From: Thermoproteota archaeon
GTDB taxonomy: Archaea; Thermoproteota; Nitrososphaeria_A; Caldarchaeales; Calditenuaceae
Reading direction: 5' to 3'
Assembly: GCA_030550235.1 (NCBI GenBank)
Contig: JAUQPU010000001.1
Location: forward strand, 65,458-97,457
DNA length: 32,000 nucleotides
Of this stretch, positions 7,553 to 15,159 are shown in pieces; position 1 is the stretch's first letter, and every line of letters begins with the position of its first letter. Below the pieces are notes generated by a model, which saw only the letters and a list, made by a program, of their open reading frames with translations, searched no databases and was not told the DNA's origin. The position numbers were made by a program, and so were the translations under genes.

Positions 7553-8830
7553 TCAGTGTTTATGGTGTAGCCATCCCTCCATCCTCTCCCAGCTCCACTC
7601 ATAGTTCTGGGGGAGGGCGTAGCCATACACGATGCAGCCGCGCCAGACTGTAAACTGGGGCTCAGGGCTCAAAACAACCCTCGCATTCTCAATCCCCTTC
7701 TCCTTCAACATAAATTGCAGTTTTGTCTGGGAATCGCATGCGATGGTTCTCAAGCTGGGAGGTGGTGCCCAGCAGAAGTTTCCACCCGAGAGTATAACTT
7801 GGCCGTATAAGAGGGGCTGAAGCTCGACCGGGCATCTCTCCACAGAGCTAATGATCGTCTCCGCCATATCCATCATGCCGTAGAAGATCGTATCCCCAAA
7901 CCTTATGTCAGAGGGCCTAGGCATTCCGCGTTTAAAATAGCTCTGAAAGATCTCGTGGTTAGGGTTGAAGACGATCTCGCCTATGAGGAACCTCGCCCAT
8001 GAATGGTCTCCCAGGTCAATTTTTATCCTAGTCCCCTCAATATGATATACTCCACGGACAGCCTCTTTATTGCCTCGCGCAAAGCTGATTGCCTTATCCA
8101 AATCTATAGGTAGGAGACCCAGCCTCTCCTTAACCTGCCTAACAACTCTCTCCTCCCTTGCAAGGTCAGAATAGCCAGTGTCCTTCAAGATCTCGGCGGT
8201 CATCGTGTTCGCCTCACTCCCACCCCTGTTTAAGGCAACAACCGCCCCCCTGATAGGTGCCCTCGATATCGGTGCCACCTGTGTGTTCCCGTGTCCACTC
8301 TCGACGACTATGCACGATGTCTGCTTGTGGGCGATGGCTACAGCTAGCGGCTGGGGGATCAGCGTTGAGGAGTGGACTAGCCCTTCCTCCGCCATCTCTC
8401 CCAGATAGCTAAAGAACCTCTCATACATGTAGAGGGGTGCGACGGCTGAGAGTGAGGCGACAACGTAGAAGCCTTTGAAACCAAACCCTGAAGGCTTAAA
8501 CTCGCCCAGAGACTTCAGAAGCAACTCCCTGATAACCCTCCAGCTTCTATCATCACCAACCCCGATAATTCCATCTCGCATAGGATAGACTAGTCTGCTT
8601 GACAGATCCTGTCCACTCCCTAGGAAGTAGGTCACATCAGCCCCCACAACAACATCCCTACTCACACCTAACACCTCAGCAACCATGCTCTTCTCGGGAA
8701 AATACCCCCTATTCTCCACAACCCGAGGCCTCTCGCCAAGACTAATAGGCCCGTACTTATAGTCGCTTGTGCCGAAATCGCAGCCGTAGACGAATCGCCG
8801 CTTATAATCCTCCTCGAACAAGCCTTTCAA
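7553..8830 (-). CDS. cren-1: Crenactin (archaeal actin homologue)
   Basis: The whole length resembles the remembered Pyrobaculum calidifontis crenactin. Matching segments: FVYGCDFGTSDYKYGPI, LIPQPLAVAIAH, VVESGHGNTQVAPIS, ALNRGGSEANTMTAEILKDTGYSDLAREE, FLIGEIVFNPNHE, LSPEPQFTVWRGCIVYGYALP. TTG start; no in-frame ATG nearby. Confidence 0.93.
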   Translation of the reverse strand: MKGLFEEDYKRRFVYGCDFGTSDYKYGPISLGERPRVVENRGYFPEKSMVAEVLGVSRDVVVGADVTYFLGSGQDLSSRLVYPMRDGIIGVGDDRSWRVIRELLLKSLGEFKPSGFGFKGFYVVASLSAVAPLYMYERFFSYLGEMAEEGLVHSSTLIPQPLAVAIAHKQTSCIVVESGHGNTQVAPISRAPIRGAVVALNRGGSEANTMTAEILKDTGYSDLAREERVVRQVKERLGLLPIDLDKAISFARGNKEAVRGVYHIEGTRIKIDLGDHSWARFLIGEIVFNPNHEIFQSYFKRGMPRPSDIRFGDTIFYGMMDMAETIISSVERCPVELQPLLYGQVILSGGNFCWAPPPSLRTIACDSQTKLQFMLKEKGIENARVVLSPEPQFTVWRGCIVYGYALPQNYEWSWERMEGWLHHKH

Positions 8831-8904
8831 AAGTTAGAAAAAGGAGTTGTTAAAGTTTAACAGAGAGTCCTCGCCGAAAGGCTTGGGAGAACCCTCATAA
8901 AGCT

Positions 8905-9771
8905 CTAGAATGTCAGCTCGAGCTGCCGCTCAAGCCTCTGCCTCTGGGCCAGATACTCATCCTGCTTCAGCTCCCCAATCTTATACCTAGTCTCGAGCTT
9001 CTTGATCTCATGCTGTATCTTCTCATGCTGCTTCACAAGCCCCTGACAGGCATCCAGCAGCGATTGCAGGTCATTAATGATTAGAGATGTTGCCTCGTCA
9101 TCAAGGCCGACTTGCTTCCCCTCACTCCTAACATTCTGGATCTTGTTTGCTAGGCTCTCAGTGAATGAGGGAATATCAGCTAGCCTAATTTCTAGAGGGT
9201 TCTGGAGTATCGAGAGCTTCGGCCTTAGCCTTGTAAGCTCCTTATCCAGCTCAATCTTCTGCCTGATATAGTCGCGGTCACTTATCTCGTTGACCTCGTG
9301 TCTAATTTTCAGAGACTCGGACTTCTGAGTCAAATCCCTTATCCTCTCGCTTATTCTATTTATGGAGTCAACCCGTTTCTGGTCAAGTGTAGTGATCCGG
9401 GAGCGGTACTCCTCGTATAGCTCCTTAAAAACGTTAATGGGGACCTCCTTGGTCAATAACAGGTCGATAAGCTTTAGAGACCAGGTGTGTAGCTTGGAGA
9501 GCTGCTCCACAAGCTTTCTCTCCTCAGCCACGTCCTCAGCGACTGGAGCCTCGGCAGCCTGCAGTGCTGGGGGCGGTACTGCCTGCTGAGCTGCCGGCAT
9601 CGTGGGAGACGGCTGCTCCTCAGGCGGCTGTGGTGGGGTAGCCTGCGGCGTAGGCATCTCGATAGACAACTCAGCCGGAAGCTCTTTACCGCAATTCATA
9701 CAATACTTTCCTCTCAGCGTCAGCCTCTTACAATGCGGGCAGACGACCCTATTCAGTAATGCCAATGCCAT
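8905..9771 (-). CDS. Zinc-ribbon / Pro-Gln-Ala-rich linker / coiled-coil protein immediately upstream of crenactin (arcadin-2-position protein)
   Basis: CPHC-x11-CMNC zinc ribbon, then a PTPQATPPQPPEEQPSPTMPAAQQAVPPPALQAAEAP linker, then about 200 aa of heptad-like helical sequence. Same strand as crenactin and 74 nt upstream of it. Start is ATG 9771, or TTG 9777 as in the track. Confidence 0.7.
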   Translation of the reverse strand: MALALLNRVVCPHCKRLTLRGKYCMNCGKELPAELSIEMPTPQATPPQPPEEQPSPTMPAAQQAVPPPALQAAEAPVAEDVAEERKLVEQLSKLHTWSLKLIDLLLTKEVPINVFKELYEEYRSRITTLDQKRVDSINRISERIRDLTQKSESLKIRHEVNEISDRDYIRQKIELDKELTRLRPKLSILQNPLEIRLADIPSFTESLANKIQNVRSEGKQVGLDDEATSLIINDLQSLLDACQGLVKQHEKIQHEIKKLETRYKIGELKQDEYLAQRQRLERQLELTF

Positions 9772-9882
9772 ATTCAACTTTTATCAACTTCTTATAAAGT
9801 TTTGTCGTGGCTGAATAAAGCACCCCTTTGGGGCATACCAACGTATTTTTTAAGGTATCACGGCGGGATATGGCTCGCGTCC

Positions 9883-9890
9883 ATATATAT
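9883..9890 (+). promoter_or_regulatory. TATA-like box for the histone gene
   Basis: ATATATAT ends 26 nt before ATG 9916. Confidence 0.4.
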
Positions 9891-9915
9891 CCTGCCCTCC
9901 GTTTTATCCTTTTGG

Positions 9916-10137
9916 ATGACCGAGCTCTCTAATGCGCCATTGCACAGGATTCTGAGGAAGGCAGGTGCGGCGAGGGTCAGCGAAGAGGCTGTTGAGGAAC
10001 TTCGTAAAGTTCTAGAGGAGATAGGTATGAGGGTTGCGGAGCAGGCTATTGAACTGGCACAGCACGCGGGGCGCCGGACGGTTAAGAAGGAGGACATAGA
10101 GAAAGCGGCGAAGATAGTCCTAAAGTCGGCACTATAG
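9916..10137 (+). CDS. Archaeal histone (HMf-type histone fold, 73 aa)
   Basis: MTELSNAPLHRILRKAGAARVSEEAVEELRKVLEEIGMRVAEQAIELAQHAGRRTVKKEDIEKAAK is a canonical archaeal histone fold. The 38 residues upstream in the ORF-track model (from 9802) are not histone-like and overlap the promoter. Confidence 0.9.
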   Translation: MTELSNAPLHRILRKAGAARVSEEAVEELRKVLEEIGMRVAEQAIELAQHAGRRTVKKEDIEKAAKIVLKSAL

Positions 10138-10174
10138 ATAAATTACAGACAATACATGTTGTTGTGTTGAATCT

Positions 10175-10801
10175 ATGTATAAGGTTGTTTTAATAGCTGT
10201 CCCTGGAGCAGGTAAATCCACGATAATGAAGAGGGTCTCTGAGAGGGTGGAGCGTCTGGTCGTTGTGAATTTTGGGGATGTCATGTTTGAGGAGGCTCGG
10301 AAGCTTGGGATAGGCAGTAGGGATGACATGAGGAGGCTTATGGACTCTGAGTCCTACATAAGGCTGCAGGAAAAGGCCGCTGAGAGGATTGGTGCAATTA
10401 ATGGAAGGGTCATTGTGGATACACATGCAGCGGTTAAGACCCCGAAGGGATACTATCCAGGCCTGCCGCCTGTAGTAACTCAGAAGATAAGGCCTCGCGC
10501 CATCATATTTCTAGAGTTTAGGCCGGAGGATATTTTGGCTAGGAGGCAGAAGGACAATGTGGCTGGGGTAAGAAGAAGGGAGCATGAGACGCTGGAGGAG
10601 ATTGAAGAGCACCAAAAGACCAGCATAGCCTACGCCATCGCAGCCTCAAACCACTCCTCAAGCTATTTTGTCAAGTTCTCCTTCAGATATGCGGAAGCAT
10701 ACCCCTTCCAGCACGTGGACGACGCTGCCTCAAAGCTAATACACTATCTATCGTCTCTTGAGGTGGAGTTTAGGGACCAGTCACCTGAGGCCGTCAGGTA
10801 G
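10175..10801 (+). CDS. adkA: Archaeal-type adenylate kinase
   Basis: P-loop VLIAVPGAGKSTIMK followed by VNFGDVMFEEA...DDMR, as in the archaeal AdkA family. Confidence 0.88.
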   Translation: MYKVVLIAVPGAGKSTIMKRVSERVERLVVVNFGDVMFEEARKLGIGSRDDMRRLMDSESYIRLQEKAAERIGAINGRVIVDTHAAVKTPKGYYPGLPPVVTQKIRPRAIIFLEFRPEDILARRQKDNVAGVRRREHETLEEIEEHQKTSIAYAIAASNHSSSYFVKFSFRYAEAYPFQHVDDAASKLIHYLSSLEVEFRDQSPEAVR

Positions 10802-11608
10802 TTTAAGAGTCCAGTCCGATAGGTTCTCAAACTCTGTCTTTCTAGCAGCAACGATGAAGACAGTGTGGGCTCTAGATATGTGGTGTGGGCGCGTCATCCC
10901 CTGCCTCACTCTCCATGGCCTTATCAGCAACTCTCCGCTAAAATATTCGAGGAATCCGCGCTCCCTAAGCTTTTCACAGATCTTCACAAGCTGCTCGACA
11001 GTCGGTACTATCGAGACAAACATTCCGCCACCCCTAAGCGATTTCTTAGCCTGATCTACAGCATCCCATGGCCGGGGGACGTCGGCGATAAACGCGTCTA
11101 CATTTCTTTCCTCAACCCCACTATAGATGTCACCCCTCTTCAATTCCAAGACCCCTGAAAGCCCTAACCTCTCCGCCATCTTAGCAATAGCTGGAAAGTT
11201 CTCACCCTCAAGGTCGTAGCTGTATATCTTCCCACTCGGCGCGACATATGATGCAAGCATAAGAGCCAATACACCGCTTCCAGTCCCCCCCTCAACAACT
11301 TTGGAGCCAGGTCTTACATCCGAAAGGACGAGAATGAACCCTAGGTCCTTGGGATAGATGACCTGCGTTCGCCTAGGAAGTGACAGGAGGTTTTCGAGGA
11401 ATAATGGTCTGAAGACGACTCCTCGTCTGCCGGTGTTACTTCTTATCTCATTACCCTCCATCAAAGTGACGATCTTGTCGGCCTCAAAATATCCGTCAGA
11501 TGAGTGGAATACTTGCCCCTTCCTTACCGTTAGGAAATATCTATGCCCCGTCTCCGTGACAATCAAAACCCTGTCACCATGCTTGATTCTCTCTTCCATC
11601 TCTGACAT
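10781..11608 (-). CDS. trmI: tRNA (adenine-N1)-methyltransferase TrmI (Gcd14 family)
   Basis: QVIYPKDLGFILVLSDVRPGSKVVEGGTGSGVLALMLA (SAM motif I) plus the N-terminal beta domain typical of TrmI. ATG at 11608. Confidence 0.85.
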   Translation of the reverse strand: MSEMEERIKHGDRVLIVTETGHRYFLTVRKGQVFHSSDGYFEADKIVTLMEGNEIRSNTGRRGVVFRPLFLENLLSLPRRTQVIYPKDLGFILVLSDVRPGSKVVEGGTGSGVLALMLASYVAPSGKIYSYDLEGENFPAIAKMAERLGLSGVLELKRGDIYSGVEERNVDAFIADVPRPWDAVDQAKKSLRGGGMFVSIVPTVEQLVKICEKLRERGFLEYFSGELLIRPWRVRQGMTRPHHISRAHTVFIVAARKTEFENLSDWTLKLPDGLR

Positions 11609-11636
11609 GTGCTGAGATAATCACTATCCCCCTCAC

Positions 11637-11643
11637 TTTATAA
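11637..11643 (-). promoter_or_regulatory. TATA-like box for trmI
   Basis: TTTATAA (palindrome-like) lies about 30 nt upstream of ATG 11608 on the minus strand. Confidence 0.4.
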
Positions 11644-11670
11644 GTTACCATAAGTTGGGGGCTGTAAGCC

Positions 11671-11678
11671 TTATATCT
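11671..11678 (+). promoter_or_regulatory. TATA-like box positioned to start transcription at about 11700 (candidate sRNA promoter)
   Basis: TTATATCT begins 30 nt upstream of the GGCGGC stem that starts at 11701. Confidence 0.35.
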
Positions 11679-11700
11679 CAAGCCATCAACCACAATGTCA

Positions 11701-11765
11701 GGCGGCTATGAAGACTCAGAGTTACGATGAATCCTAGTGTATTGAAGGCATTTATCTGAGCCGCC
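11701..11765 (+). ncRNA. Candidate C/D-box sRNA (about 65 nt)
   Basis: A 6-bp terminal stem pairs GGCGGC (11701-06) with GCCGCC (11760-65). The stem brackets a C-like box AUGAAGA (11708-14, 6/7 match to RUGAUGA) and a perfect D box CUGA (11756-59). Internal AUGA and GAUGAA could be degenerate D'/C' boxes. The element lies in a 204-nt intergenic gap that is unusually long for this window. Confidence 0.3.
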
Positions 11766-11812
11766 CACCATGGAATGTTTAAATGCACGAAGTCGGTTAA
11801 ATAAAACAAGCT

Positions 11813-12775
11813 TTGGTGGCCTCTGTTCATGATACTCCAGATGAAAATCCAGTCTGGCTTCTCAACCACAGAACCAGGCGTCGAATCCTACTCGCCATAG
11901 GGGATGCTGGTAGGGTCAGTGCCTCAGTGCTACGGGCAAGTCTTGGTATAAGCACAGGCAGCCTATACTACAACCTTAAACAGCTTGAGCCCTTCGTAGC
12001 CCAGGATAATAGGCGTAACTACTATCTCACAGAGAAGGGGTTGGAGGTTTATAAGATGCTGAAGGCGGGAGACGCCCTTATTCTCGATAACGTTAAGAAG
12101 CCCCCAAGCCTTCTTGACCGTCTCTTCACAACAGTCATTCAGCCGGTCTGGATACTGGCCCCCGCGCTCGATAGAACCATAATAGCCATGATTATGGGCT
12201 CCCTCAGCGCACTGTTGAACGCTGCCCTATACCTCAATGGGAAGGTCTCGTTAATAGGCCTCCACGTCTATCACTGGCGGAATTTCGACTTGGGAATCAC
12301 AATACTCGCCATGCTGGGGACGATAGCTTTCATTTATATTTACTTGTCAGCTCTCTCAGGCATCTACGACGAGGTGAGGAAAAGGAGTGTAATCGGTGTG
12401 AAGCCCGACGACACTTTTAGGCGGGTCAAGGGCTTCATAGTCAATATCCTCACGTTTAACGGGTCGACTTTGAAAGGGATGGCCGCAGTCTGTATAGGTA
12501 TTCTGCCTATGGCGCTCTACCCCTTCCTGCTCTTCATAGCAAGGGTTAAGGGCTGGACATGGATATACGCGCCAGTTAGCATAGTTCCCACATCACTTGC
12601 GGCCAATATCGTCCTTGTCGTCGCCCAGTTCGCCAGCTTCCTACTTCTGACGAGCTCCCTCTCATACTTGAGGAGTATAAGATGGCATATCGCCGCCCTT
12701 ATATGCCTCTCACTAATTTATCTATCAATCATCCTCCAATATGTCATTCTGGGGATCTTCGCCCCCCAGGGCTGA
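11813..12775 (+). CDS. ArsR-like winged-helix DNA-binding domain fused to a polytopic membrane domain
   Basis: The N-terminus HRTRRRILLAIGDAGRVSASVLRASLGISTGSLYYNLKQLEPFV...YYLTEKG is ArsR-type wHTH. It is followed by about 6 hydrophobic helices. Start is TTG 11813 or GTG 11816. The last 32 nt overlap the IS remnant. Confidence 0.68.
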   Translation: MVASVHDTPDENPVWLLNHRTRRRILLAIGDAGRVSASVLRASLGISTGSLYYNLKQLEPFVAQDNRRNYYLTEKGLEVYKMLKAGDALILDNVKKPPSLLDRLFTTVIQPVWILAPALDRTIIAMIMGSLSALLNAALYLNGKVSLIGLHVYHWRNFDLGITILAMLGTIAFIYIYLSALSGIYDEVRKRSVIGVKPDDTFRRVKGFIVNILTFNGSTLKGMAAVCIGILPMALYPFLLFIARVKGWTWIYAPVSIVPTSLAANIVLVVAQFASFLLLTSSLSYLRSIRWHIAALICLSLIYLSIILQYVILGIFAPQG

Positions 12776-13334
12776 AGATAGTAGTCTTATATTCCACCCC
12801 TATGAATCTTATCACGTCCGCATATAATGGTAGCGTTTCTATAACTCTCCTGCGAACCTCCTCTTCAATCCCCTTCATCTTACGGCTACACTCGGCAATA
12901 TAGTCTTTAGAACTATTCAGCGAAAGTACATCGTACCACTGCTGAATTTTTCGTGTCTGCCTCCTAAACCTACAATGAAGCACCAGCAACTCCTTTAGCC
13001 TTAGAAAGTCAGGTGAGCACTCCTTGAACTTCTCCGATGTTATCACGGATAATAATCTAGCATCGTTTTCATCATTCTTTGCCATGTAGTTGATGTCTCT
13101 GAAAGCTCTTAGTAATTTTAGGTCTAGTAGGTAGAATACTCGAACACCATGTTCAATCAATGTCCTCAGCTCCGGAATAATCTCGAACATCAGCGAGTCT
13201 ATAAACACCTCCTGGATATGGAGGCTTAAGATGTCTATGAGACTACTAATTCTCCTACCCCATCATACTCCAGCAGTATTGTATGCCTCTTGTTCTTTCT
13301 AAGACCATCCGTCAATATAGGCTGAATATATCAT
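12744..13334 (-). pseudogene. IS110-family (DEDD) transposase remnant, with two in-frame stops near the N-terminus and a truncated C-terminus
   Basis: Minus-strand reading from ATG 13334 gives MIYSAYIDGWS*KEQEAYNTAGV*WGRRISSLIDILSLHIQEVFIDSLMFEIIPELRTLIEHGVRVFYLLDLKLLRAFRDINYMAKNDENDARLLS... The stops are TAG at 13301-13299 and TGA at 13265-13263. The YIDG...E...V..L......F......K.D..DA pattern is the IS110 DEDD N-terminal domain. About 197 codons remain, against roughly 330-400 aa expected from memory. The region is locally AT-rich. Confidence 0.7.
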
Positions 13335-13443
13335 GGCCTATATCCCAGATTCTCTAGACCTTGATAATGTGTAGAGGTTCATGGTATGTGAAGTCTGGTT
13401 TGTGGAGGTACTCTAGGTGGCGAGGAATAATGACCATGAGAAG

Positions 13444-13451
13444 TTAATATA
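13444..13451 (+). promoter_or_regulatory. TATA-like box for rps10
   Basis: TTAATATA ends 32 nt upstream of ATG 13483. Confidence 0.4.
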
Positions 13452-13482
13452 GTCCTCCTAATAATCTCATGTGCGGTTTCAC

Positions 13483-13797
13483 ATGCAGCAGGTAGTGCGG
13501 ATAAAGCTGACTTCAACAGACCTGGAGAAACTCGAGTCCATCTGCAAAGAGATTAAAGACATCGTAGATAGGACTGGAGCGAAGATGCGGGGACCCACGC
13601 CCCTACCCACGCACAGGCTCTCCCTCCCCGTAAGAAAGTCTCCATGCGGAGAGGGGACGAAGACTTGGAGGAAATGGGAGCTGAGAATGCATAGAAGGCT
13701 AATAGACCTCGTCATAAATGATCCTAGGGTTATGAGAGAGTTGATGAGAATACAAATACCTGAGGAAGTTTCTGTAGAGATGAAGCTGAGCACTTAA
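13483..13797 (+). CDS. rps10: 30S ribosomal protein uS10
   Basis: MQQVVRIKLTSTDLEKLESICKEIKDIVDRTGAKMRGPTPLPT...RKSPCGEG..TW..WELRMHRRLIDL is a canonical archaeal S10. I prefer ATG 13483 over the track's GTG 13471. Confidence 0.93.
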   Translation: MQQVVRIKLTSTDLEKLESICKEIKDIVDRTGAKMRGPTPLPTHRLSLPVRKSPCGEGTKTWRKWELRMHRRLIDLVINDPRVMRELMRIQIPEEVSVEMKLST

Positions 13798-15092
13798 GCG
13801 GCTGTCTTCAGTATTTTCCTCACTACCCCTGCAGCAACTGTCATTCCCATGTCTCTTATCGCGAATCTTCCAAGCTGTGGGAAGTCGCTATATGCCTCAA
13901 GGGCGACCGGCCTTAGGGGCTGTAGCACAACTAGTGCCGCGTCGCCTGTCTTGAGGAATTGTGGATTCTGCTCCACAACCTGGCCCGTCCTTGGGTCGAT
14001 CTTCGCTTTAAGCTCCTTGAACTTAACTGCAACCTGAGCGGTATGTACGTGCATGACTGGTGTGTAGCCAACAGCCACTGCCGTCGGATGGTTAATCACG
14101 ATTATCTGGGCCTCGAACTCCTCGACTACTTTACAGGGGTTGTCCACATGGCTGACAACCATGCCTCTAGCGAGCTGCGCCTTATCAACACCCTTCAGGT
14201 TAAACCCAATGTTGTCACCAGGTAAAGCCTGCTGGAGTGGTGCGTGATGCATCTCAATGCTCTTTACCTCAGCCTTGATGTTCCCTGGCATAATCACTAT
14301 CTGGTCACCGGGCTTCAAGACCCCTGTCTCTACGCGCCCGACGGGAACAGTGCCAACTCCCTTGATAGAATAGACCGCTTGAATGGGTAGCCTCAAAGGC
14401 TTGTCTACCGGCTTAGAGGGCTCCTGGAACAGGTCAAGAGCCTCAAGTAGGGTTGGCCCCGTATACCATGCCATCTTATCGCTCTTGGCGACTAGGTTAT
14501 CACCAGTCCATCCAGATACTGGTATGAAGTGGATCTTAGAGGGGTCGATGCCGATCTGTCTCATTAATGCGGAAACTCCCTGTTTAATCTCGTCGTATCT
14601 CTCCTTTGCCCAGTTGACAGAGGCATCATCCATCTTGTTTATCAAAACGATGAATTGTCTTATGCCGAGCATGAATGACAGGAAGAGGTGCTCTCTCGTC
14701 TGTCCTCCTGGTGCAATTCCAACCTCGTACTCTCCCTTTTTAGCTGAGACGACGAGTATAGCGGCGTCTGCCTGGGAGGCCCCTGTGATCATGTTTTTAA
14801 CGAAGTCTCTGTGTCCTGGAGCGTCGATTATTGTAAAGTAGTATTTCTTGGTCTCGAATTTCTGGAAACTCAGCTGGATTGTTAGACCTCTCTCCCTCTC
14901 CTCTTTTATGGTGTCCATGATAAAGGCGTAGAGGAAGGTGTCTTTGCCCAGTCTTTTCGCCTCTTCCTCGAGCTGCTTCAGCTGCCTCTCGTCTACGGAT
15001 TTGTTTAGGACGAGGAAGTGGCCTAGCGTGGTCGATTTTCCGTGGTCAACATGCCCAATCACGATGAGGTTGAGGTGTGGCTTCTGAGACAA
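13794..15092 (-). CDS. tuf: Translation elongation factor EF-1alpha (aEF1A)
   Basis: GHVDHGKST, DAPGHRDF and NKMD GTPase motifs, 432 aa. The only start candidate in the open frame is TTG 15092. Confidence 0.97.
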   Translation of the reverse strand: MSQKPHLNLIVIGHVDHGKSTTLGHFLVLNKSVDERQLKQLEEEAKRLGKDTFLYAFIMDTIKEERERGLTIQLSFQKFETKKYYFTIIDAPGHRDFVKNMITGASQADAAILVVSAKKGEYEVGIAPGGQTREHLFLSFMLGIRQFIVLINKMDDASVNWAKERYDEIKQGVSALMRQIGIDPSKIHFIPVSGWTGDNLVAKSDKMAWYTGPTLLEALDLFQEPSKPVDKPLRLPIQAVYSIKGVGTVPVGRVETGVLKPGDQIVIMPGNIKAEVKSIEMHHAPLQQALPGDNIGFNLKGVDKAQLARGMVVSHVDNPCKVVEEFEAQIIVINHPTAVAVGYTPVMHVHTAQVAVKFKELKAKIDPRTGQVVEQNPQFLKTGDAALVVLQPLRPVALEAYSDFPQLGRFAIRDMGMTVAAGVVRKILKTAA

Positions 15093-15159
15093 TTCAGACT
15101 CGATTAAAATTGATATTACTCCTATTTAAGCCCACTCTGCCGCCAGCCTAGCTGTAGAC

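Noticed and set aside
7162-7626. 154-aa minus-strand ORF spanning the alaX 3' half and the crenactin 3' end
   Set aside because: It overlaps two confidently assigned genes, has no recognisable motifs, and is out of frame with crenactin.
9802-9915. N-terminal 38-aa extension of the histone ORF (track start at 9802)
   Set aside because: The extension is not histone-like and contains the TATA-like box at 9883-9890. ATG 9916 gives a canonical histone of about 73 aa.
11701-11770. Possible tRNA, suggested by a 7-bp GGCGGCU/AGCCGCC stem followed by CACCA
   Set aside because: The element is only about 65 nt. No D-arm or T-arm (GTTCRAATC-like) can be formed, and CCA does not directly follow a discriminator base. 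The C/D-box sRNA interpretation fits better and is reported at low confidence.
11678-11869. 63-aa minus-strand ORF in the trmI / wHTH intergenic region
   Set aside because: It overlaps the start of the wHTH-membrane gene and the sRNA candidate. It has no promoter geometry and no family resemblance.
13479-13793. 104-aa minus-strand ORF co-directional with tuf (which would restore the canonical tuf-downstream position)
   Set aside because: Its translation is not S10-like. The plus-strand frame gives a textbook uS10, so the minus ORF is the antisense shadow.
14383-14841. 152-aa plus-strand ORF inside tuf
   Set aside because: Antisense to EF-1alpha. Shadow ORF.
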